Assembly: GCA_046313635.1 (NCBI GenBank)
Contig: JBKBYA010000003.1
Span: 1 to 64,000, forward strand
Length of the DNA stretch: 64,000 nt
DNA from: Pyrinomonadaceae bacterium
Lineage (GTDB): Bacteria > Acidobacteriota > Blastocatellia > Pyrinomonadales > Pyrinomonadaceae
Direction of reading: 5' to 3'
Program-made: the position numbers and the translations under genes
Notes under the pieces: model-generated
Database searches by the model: none
What the model saw: the letters and a program-made list of their open reading frames with translations, nothing else
What the model was told of the DNA's origin: nothing
Part shown: piece by piece, positions 57,313-64,000 of the stretch
Layout of the letters: each line of letters starts with the position of its first letter
How positions within the stretch are numbered: the first letter of the stretch is position 1

Positions 57313-57903
57313 ATGTTTTCCCGCGTCGCCACGGTCCCAAATCTTCTCACCTTTCTCCGGATGGGCCTGATCCCGGTCTTTGCGAGCCTGCTCTATTACG
57401 GGTACTCGCACTGGGCCCTGCTCGTCTTTTTTGTCGCGGGAGCGTCGGACGGCGTTGACGGATTTTTGGCGCGGCGCTTCGATCAGCAGTCCGATCTCGG
57501 CCGGGTCATCGACCCGATCGCGGACAAGCTCTTGATGACGACCGCCTTCGTGATGCTGACCTTTCCCAACGTCCTGCCGCCGGTGCGGCATCTGCCGGTG
57601 CCTTTCTGGGTGACCGTGACGGTCATCGGCCGCGACGTGCTGATCGTGACGGTCGCGCTGGCGATCACGCTGTTTACGGGATTTCGCGGCTTCAGGCCGT
57701 CGTGGCTGGGCAAGCTGAGCACGCTCGTTCAGGTCGTCGCGGTGGTGCTTATCCTCGTCGCCGCCATCACCGGCGTGAGCGGCTTTTTGCCGACCGTGTA
57801 CACGAGCGTCGCGGCGCTGGCCGTTTTTTCGGGCGTGCATTACATCTTTCAGGTGGGCAGGCTTATGCGCGACGACGAGCGCGAGGGCGGCGAGACGTCT
57901 TGA
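57313..57903 (+). CDS. CDP-alcohol phosphatidyltransferase (PgsA/cardiolipin synthase-like)
   Basis: PNLLTFLR, DGVDGFLAR...G...DPIADK. Confidence 0.92.
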   Translation: MFSRVATVPNLLTFLRMGLIPVFASLLYYGYSHWALLVFFVAGASDGVDGFLARRFDQQSDLGRVIDPIADKLLMTTAFVMLTFPNVLPPVRHLPVPFWVTVTVIGRDVLIVTVALAITLFTGFRGFRPSWLGKLSTLVQVVAVVLILVAAITGVSGFLPTVYTSVAALAVFSGVHYIFQVGRLMRDDEREGGETS

Positions 57904-57909
57904 ACCTTC

Positions 57910-60900
57910 TTACACGGCCGCACGAAGCCGGCGGATCGCGGCCATCAATTGATCGAAATCGAGCGGTTTGGTCACGTGAGCGTCAAAGCCCGCGGCGATG
58001 AGCTTCAGCTTGTCGTCCTCGGCGGCGTAGGCGGTCAGCGCGACGGCCTTGATCCGCCGGTTTGGCGAAGCCGTATCAGAGCGGAGCAGCCTTATCAGCT
58101 CGTAGCCGTCCAGTCCGGGCATGCCGACGTCGCTGATCAGGATGTCGAATTCGCGCGTGCGGAGCAGCTCGACCGCCTCGCCCGCGGACGTGGTCGCGAG
58201 CACGATCGCGCCCTCGCGTTCGAGCAGCAGACGCGTGGGCAGCAGGCTCTCTTCGTCATCGTCGACCGTCAGAATGCGGACGCCGTCAAGCGGACGTGAG
58301 TCGGGGCCCGGCTGCGGCTGGACGGGGCGACCGACATTCGACACGTCGTAGAGCTCGGCGGCGAGCGGCAGGACGACCGTGAATGCCGCCCCGGTCCCCG
58401 GCCCTGCGCTGTCGGCCGAGATCCGGCCGCCGTGAAGCTCGACGATGTTCCTGACGATCGTCAGGCCGAGGCCGAGGCCCGTATTCGTGCGCTTGGTCGA
58501 GAGGTCTGCCTGGCTGAAGCGGTCAAAGATGTGCGGCAGGAATTCGGGGTCGATGCCGATGCCCGTGTCGCGTACGGCGATCTCGGCCGAGAGTCCCGAT
58601 CGACGTTTGGAGAGTGTGACCACGCCGCCGGCCGGCGTGAACTTGACGGCGTTCTGCAGCAGATTCGTAACGACCTGCTGCAGCCTGACGACGTCGCCCC
58701 TCAGGTAAAGCGGCTCGTCGTCGCCCTCGATCAGAAAGATCACGTCGCGCGAGACCGCCAGCGGGCGGATCGTCTCGGCGGCCATATTGATCGCGGTGTT
58801 GAGATCGAGCAGCTCGTGCTCGACGCGCATCTTGCCCGAGATGATCCGCGAGACGTCGAGCAGGTCCTCGATCAGGCTGCTCTGCTGGCGCGTGTTGCGC
58901 TCGATGACCTCGAGCGCCTTGACCGAGCGCTGCTCGTCGAGCCCGCCGCCGCGGAGCAGCCTGATCCATCCGAGCATCGCGTTGAGCGGCGTGCGCAGCT
59001 CGTGCGAGAGGACCGAGAGAAACTCGTCCTTCATCCGATTCGCGTTCTCGGCCTCGGCGCGGGCGGCGGCCTCGGTCTCGATGAGGCGGACGTTCTGGAT
59101 CGCGACGGCGGCGAGATTAGCGGCCATCTCGAGAGCAACGGCGTGCTCGCTGCTGAACATCCCGTCGTCGTGCGCCTGGACCTCGAGCGTGCCGATCACC
59201 TCGTTCTGAAACATCATCGGGACGACGAGTGACGAATTCGGGTCACGGCCGTTGTCGTTGACGACGATATGCGGCCGATTCTTTTGCTGATCCCAATAGT
59301 TATTGGTGATCACGGCCCGCCGCTCAAAGATCGCCTGCGAATTGGGCCCGCCGCCCGGCGAGATCGGCATCGGCGGCAGCTCGGAGATGTCGATCTCCGC
59401 GCCCTCGCCCCAGACGTATGCGGGCAGGCACAGGCGGCGCTCGCTATCGTAGAACGAGACAAAAAAGGCCGAGACCGTCATCGAGGCGTGAATAAAATCC
59501 TTGAGTGAACGGTAGACCGACGTCAGATCGCGGGCCGTGCCGAGCGCCTCGGCGAGCGGGATGATCCGCTCAAGCAGCCTGAGATACTCCTCGGCCGCCT
59601 TTCTTTCGGCCCGCAGCAGCGCACGCTGGGCACGCTTTTCGTCGGTTATGTCCTGGACCTCGAGAACCGTCCCGACGAGCTCGCCGTCCTTGAAGATCGG
59701 CCTCGCGTTGCATCTGACCGGGTAGAAATGTCCGTTCTTGTGAATGAAATGGTCTTCGTACCCGACGACCGGCTCGGTCTTGTTCAGTTTTCCGCCGAGA
59801 GGGCATTCGTCGGCCGGAAAGGGCGACCCGTCCGGCCGCGTGTGATGGATCTTGTCGTGAATGATCTCGCCGATCAGCTCCTCGGCCTTAAAGCCCGATA
59901 TCCGCTCGGTCGCGTGATTGACAAATGTCGCACGGCCGTCGAGGTCCATCAGCCAGAGTGCCGACTGCGTATTGTCGGTGATGGTCTTGGTCAGATCGAG
60001 CTGGTAGCGGATCTCTTCGTCGGCCCGCTTGCGCTCGGTCGTGTCCTCGGCGACGTATGCAAAGCGAGCTCTGCCCTGCTCGCCCTCGCCGATGGGCGAG
60101 ACGGTCGCCGACATCCAGCGTGTCTTGCCGCGCACCGGCTGGCTGAACTCAAAACTTACCGGGCCGCTGATACGCTGGCTCTCGCGATACTTTTGCGCCC
60201 AGAGACGCCTGACGCTCTCCGAGGTGCCGAGGCCGTCCGTATTCTGTCCCGCGGTCGCGCCGGGCGGGATGCCAAAGAATGCGCACGTCGCCGGATTGTC
60301 GTAAACGTGATAGATCGCATCGTCGGAGTCGAGCTCGACGACGCCCATCATCAGCGGCGAATTGTTGTAGTAGGCGCGGAGCGTGGCCTCATTTTGCCGG
60401 ATCTTTTCTTCAGACCGCGCCCGCTCGATCCTGGCCCAGAGGCGGGTCGACAATTCGCCGAGCAGGGCTATCTCGTCGGCGGCCCAGTCGCGCGGCACCG
60501 AGTCGTTGACCGACAGCCCGTACTTTGGAGCGCCGAGCTCGAGATACTTGGTCCAGATGAATGACCGCACGCCTTCGTCGCGGAATCTCGCGGCGTGTTC
60601 CGCGGTGAGCGGGTCGGTATCGGTGTCGCGTATGACGACCGGCTCGGCAGACGCGACCGTCTCGACCGTCGGCCCGCCAAAAAAGTCCGCGAGGTCGATC
60701 GACGGCGGACTTGTACGGGTGCTGCCGTCGCGGGACCAGATCTTGAGTATGCGGACGCGCCCGGTTTCGCGGTCGAATTCTGAAAAAACGCAATCGCTCG
60801 CCGCAAAGAAGCGGCCGATCTTTTCGGATGCGGCGGTCATTATCTCGACCTCGCCCGCAAGCATGCTCAGATCGCGACTGATCTCGGCGAGCAGCTCGGC

Positions 60901-63900
60901 GTTGCGCTGTGCTCGTCGGCTGTCGTCCACGTCGGTATTGGTGCCGAACCATCGCGTGATGCGCCCGTCGCCGTCACGCAGCGGATTGACACGCGTCAGG
61001 AACCAGCGAAATTTGCCCCGCGCGCTCCTGAGCGGAAACTCCATCTCAAACGGCTCGCCGGTCGCCAGCGAAAGCTTCCATCGATCGACGACCTCGGGGA
61101 GCACTTCCGGGTCGTGGACCGACTGCCATCCCCAGCCCTCCATCTGCTCGGGCGTCGTGCCCGTGTACTCGTACCAGCGATGGTTGTACCAAAAGATGTA
61201 TCCCTCGGCGTCGGCCATCCACGCCAGCTGAGGGATCGTGTCGGCCATCGTCCGCAGTGTCTCTTCGGATCGGCGGAGGGCGTTCTCGGCGGCGCGCCTC
61301 TCGATCGCGATGCCGGCGATGCGTGCCGCCGACGCAAGGATCGTCAGCTCCTCGGGTCTCGGCGAACGCGGCTCGTCGAAGTAGATCGCAAACGTGCCGT
61401 AAAGCTTTCCGCTGGGCGAGACGATCGGGTTTGACCAGCACGAGCGAAACCCGAACTGCTCGGCAAGATGCTTAAAATCCTTCCAGAGCGGATCGGTCAT
61501 TACGTCCGACACGACGACCGGCTCGCGGCGGTACGCGGCCGTTCCGCAGCTGCCGACGCCGTCGCCGATCACGATGCCGTTGATCGCCTCGTTGTACTCC
61601 TCGGCGAGACGTCTCGCCGAACCGAGAAAGAGGCGCTTGCCCTCGTCGTCGGCGAGCAGCACCGAGGCGGCCGAGCCCGGCAATTGACCCTCGATCGCGG
61701 CGGTCGTGCGGCTGAGGATCTCCTCGAGCGATTCGCCGACCATGACCGCCTCGAGGACCTCGTTCTGCCCGGCGATCTGCCGCTCGGCGATCTTGCGCGT
61801 CGTGAGATCGGTCATACCGCCGAGCATACGCACGGGCCTGCCGGCCTCGTCGCGAATGACGAAGCCGCGATCAAGCACCTCAGCCGAGCTGCCGTCGGCC
61901 TTTAAGAAGCGGTACTCGTCGGTCCACTCCTGAGCGCCGCTCTCGATGACGCTCCGGATGACCTTCATTACGCGGTCGCGGTCGTCCGGGTGGATGTGCT
62001 CGTACCACCAATCGACGCGCTCGCCGACCTCGCTCGGGTCGTAGCCGAACAGCGTGCGGACGCCGTCGTTCCACCAAAGGGTATCGGTGGCGAGGTCCCA
62101 GTCCCAGATCGCGTCGTTGGTCACCTGGGCGACGACTATGAATCGGTCATTCGCCTTTGTAGCGGCCTCCTCGGCACGCTTTCGGGCGGTGATGTCCTGG
62201 ATGACCGTCAGCGCGAACGGCTCGCCCGCGATGTCGATCCGCTCGGCGGAGAGCAGGCCGACGATCTCGCGCCCGTCGCGTGTCGTGAACTCGTACTCGA
62301 GATCCTTGACGCGGCCGGCCTGCCGCACGGCTTCGAGCTCGGCCTCGCGATCGGAGATGCGCTTCCACAGGTCCAGTTCGACGGTGGTGCGCCCGATCGC
62401 CTCCTCGCGCGAATATCCGGTGATGTCGACGAATGTCTGATTCACCTCGACGAGCCGGCCGTCCTTGAGCGACGAGATCGTGAGCACGAGCGGGCTCGAG
62501 TCAAATGCCTTGGAAAATCGCTCCTCCGATTCGCGCAGGGCGGCGTCGATGCGGAGCTTTTCGATCGCGGTCCAGGTCCGCTCGGCGACGGTCTCGATCA
62601 GCGAGACGTCCTGCTCGTCCCAGTCGCGCGGCTCGGTGTCGCTCGCCCACAGCGAAGCCACCCAACGCCCGTCGCGCATCAGCGGCACGGCGACGTACGA
62701 GCGCTCACCGCTCTGCAGATATGTCCGCTCGTAGTCGGCGGCTGTCCTCGGGTCGATCTTGGAGTCTCGATTGACGACCGTAATGCCGCGGCGCATCTCA
62801 GAGGTCGTCACCGCGCTGTAGTCCGAGACCCGGTGCACTCCGGCGACCGACTCCACATCCCGACAATAGTCGCGGTGCACTCGCTCGACGTCGTTCTCGA
62901 GATCGATCTCGTTAAAGAGGCACCGCTGCGCCTGCAGGTACTGGCCGAGGGCCTCAGCGACCGAATAGAGGAGGTCGTCGACATCTGTCTGAGTGCGAAC
63001 GATGTCGCTGATGCGCGCGAGGACGTCGAGCCGAGACTCCGACCGCCGGCGATCTTCGATATCGATGCACGAGCCGATAAAGCCGACAAACTCGCCGCCG
63101 GGCCCAAACCGCGGCACCCCGTTGTTCAGGACCCAGCGAAATTCACCGCTGTACCGGCGAAGCCGAAACTCGATCGAGAACGCCTCGCGGGCGCTCACCG
63201 ACCCCGAGATCGTCCGCTCGCACGTCTCGCGGTCGTCAGGGTGCACCGCCTCGAGCCATCCGCTGCCGACCTCGTCCTCCATCCTGCGGCCCGTAAAATC
63301 GAGCCAGGGCTTGTTAAACCACGTGCAGCCGCCGCGCTCGTCCGAGACCCAGATCAGGACCGGGGCCGCGTCGGCGACGTCGCGGAATCGTCCCTCGCTC
63401 TCGCGCAGAGCGGCCTCGGCCGCCATTCTCTCGGTGACGTCCTGATGCACCAGCGCGACCTGAGTGATCTCGCCACGCGCGTTCCGAAGCGGATAAGCGA
63501 CCGCCGACACCCACCGGCGTGCGTTCGAGTGCCGCGTCCGGCCGGGCAGCGTCTCGTTCGGGTCGTACCGGATGATCGGCAGCTCGACGACCTCGCCGGC
63601 AAAGGCTCGACGGATGTGTTCGGCGATCCCGCGGGCCTCGAGCTGCGGGTCCTTGAGGATGTTGTATTCCGATATCTGGTCGAGCGTGACGCCCCACAGC
63701 TCTTCCCACGCGCGGTTGACCTGCGTCGGCCGGCCGGACGGGTCAAAGATCTGTACGCTGAAGGGCGCCTGCTCCATCAGGCTGCGAAAGCGCTCTTCGC
63801 TCTCGACCAGCGCGTCCTGCAGATTGCGTCGCTCGGTGATGTCCTGGACGACACCGTACATTCCAAGCACGCGGCCGGCGTCGTCATATCTCGCACGGCC

Positions 63901-64000
63901 CCAGGCCGAAACCCAAACGACGCGGCCAGACTCTTGAACGATGCGGTACTGCGCCTCGTACCTGCCGCCTTGCGCGACCGAACTCTCGACCTCGGCACGC
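57910..64000 (-). CDS. Very large multi-PAS/GAF hybrid histidine kinase (5' truncated by window)
   Basis: Frame stays open from 63870 to the edge (…YRIVQESGRVVWVSAWGRARYDDAGRV); by eye 7 full PAS, 1 partial PAS and 4 GAF, then SHELRTPL, HATPase and REC. Confidence 0.95.
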   Translation of the reverse strand, partial: RAEVESSVAQGGRYEAQYRIVQESGRVVWVSAWGRARYDDAGRVLGMYGVVQDITERRNLQDALVESEERFRSLMEQAPFSVQIFDPSGRPTQVNRAWEELWGVTLDQISEYNILKDPQLEARGIAEHIRRAFAGEVVELPIIRYDPNETLPGRTRHSNARRWVSAVAYPLRNARGEITQVALVHQDVTERMAAEAALRESEGRFRDVADAAPVLIWVSDERGGCTWFNKPWLDFTGRRMEDEVGSGWLEAVHPDDRETCERTISGSVSAREAFSIEFRLRRYSGEFRWVLNNGVPRFGPGGEFVGFIGSCIDIEDRRRSESRLDVLARISDIVRTQTDVDDLLYSVAEALGQYLQAQRCLFNEIDLENDVERVHRDYCRDVESVAGVHRVSDYSAVTTSEMRRGITVVNRDSKIDPRTAADYERTYLQSGERSYVAVPLMRDGRWVASLWASDTEPRDWDEQDVSLIETVAERTWTAIEKLRIDAALRESEERFSKAFDSSPLVLTISSLKDGRLVEVNQTFVDITGYSREEAIGRTTVELDLWKRISDREAELEAVRQAGRVKDLEYEFTTRDGREIVGLLSAERIDIAGEPFALTVIQDITARKRAEEAATKANDRFIVVAQVTNDAIWDWDLATDTLWWNDGVRTLFGYDPSEVGERVDWWYEHIHPDDRDRVMKVIRSVIESGAQEWTDEYRFLKADGSSAEVLDRGFVIRDEAGRPVRMLGGMTDLTTRKIAERQIAGQNEVLEAVMVGESLEEILSRTTAAIEGQLPGSAASVLLADDEGKRLFLGSARRLAEEYNEAINGIVIGDGVGSCGTAAYRREPVVVSDVMTDPLWKDFKHLAEQFGFRSCWSNPIVSPSGKLYGTFAIYFDEPRSPRPEELTILASAARIAGIAIERRAAENALRRSEETLRTMADTIPQLAWMADAEGYIFWYNHRWYEYTGTTPEQMEGWGWQSVHDPEVLPEVVDRWKLSLATGEPFEMEFPLRSARGKFRWFLTRVNPLRDGDGRITRWFGTNTDVDDSRRAQRNAELLAEISRDLSMLAGEVEIMTAASEKIGRFFAASDCVFSEFDRETGRVRILKIWSRDGSTRTSPPSIDLADFFGGPTVETVASAEPVVIRDTDTDPLTAEHAARFRDEGVRSFIWTKYLELGAPKYGLSVNDSVPRDWAADEIALLGELSTRLWARIERARSEEKIRQNEATLRAYYNNSPLMMGVVELDSDDAIYHVYDNPATCAFFGIPPGATAGQNTDGLGTSESVRRLWAQKYRESQRISGPVSFEFSQPVRGKTRWMSATVSPIGEGEQGRARFAYVAEDTTERKRADEEIRYQLDLTKTITDNTQSALWLMDLDGRATFVNHATERISGFKAEELIGEIIHDKIHHTRPDGSPFPADECPLGGKLNKTEPVVGYEDHFIHKNGHFYPVRCNARPIFKDGELVGTVLEVQDITDEKRAQRALLRAERKAAEEYLRLLERIIPLAEALGTARDLTSVYRSLKDFIHASMTVSAFFVSFYDSERRLCLPAYVWGEGAEIDISELPPMPISPGGGPNSQAIFERRAVITNNYWDQQKNRPHIVVNDNGRDPNSSLVVPMMFQNEVIGTLEVQAHDDGMFSSEHAVALEMAANLAAVAIQNVRLIETEAAARAEAENANRMKDEFLSVLSHELRTPLNAMLGWIRLLRGGGLDEQRSVKALEVIERNTRQQSSLIEDLLDVSRIISGKMRVEHELLDLNTAINMAAETIRPLAVSRDVIFLIEGDDEPLYLRGDVVRLQQVVTNLLQNAVKFTPAGGVVTLSKRRSGLSAEIAVRDTGIGIDPEFLPHIFDRFSQADLSTKRTNTGLGLGLTIVRNIVELHGGRISADSAGPGTGAAFTVVLPLAAELYDVSNVGRPVQPQPGPDSRPLDGVRILTVDDDEESLLPTRLLLEREGAIVLATTSAGEAVELLRTREFDILISDVGMPGLDGYELIRLLRSDTASPNRRIKAVALTAYAAEDDKLKLIAAGFDAHVTKPLDFDQLMAAIRRLRAAV

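Overview
GC-rich bacterial chromosome segment, most likely Acidobacteriota (Blastocatellia-like). That assignment is an inference from the Cys-rich RpoB insertion, the Oar-type receptor and the FG-GAP/PT-linker exoproteins. Bases 1-13.2 kb hold the core cluster tuf(3' end)-rpmG-tRNA-Trp-secE-nusG-rplKAJL-rpoBC. The rest is mixed housekeeping and accessory genes: an RsbQ hydrolase with a PAS hybrid kinase, five peptidases (M13, S8, M12-like, M4, S9), an Oar-like TonB-dependent receptor, ribA, an ABC exporter, a radical SAM gene next to udgX, DUF58 and SpoIIM-like genes, a VanW-glycosyltransferase fusion, a UvrD helicase, ybaB-recR, a stand-alone SRA-like protein, proC, tyrS and a very large PAS/GAF hybrid kinase that runs off the right edge. 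No transposase, integrase, CRISPR array or rRNA was seen. The most unusual signal is non-coding. (i) A dispersed set of intergenic inverted repeats has arms built from 7-9 nt tandem units whose sequence differs from site to site. (ii) A 369-bp four-layer nested palindrome lies at 28813-29181. (iii) A REP-doublet element from that nest also occurs as an exact 36-codon in-frame segment inside the UvrD helicase gene (40554-40661).
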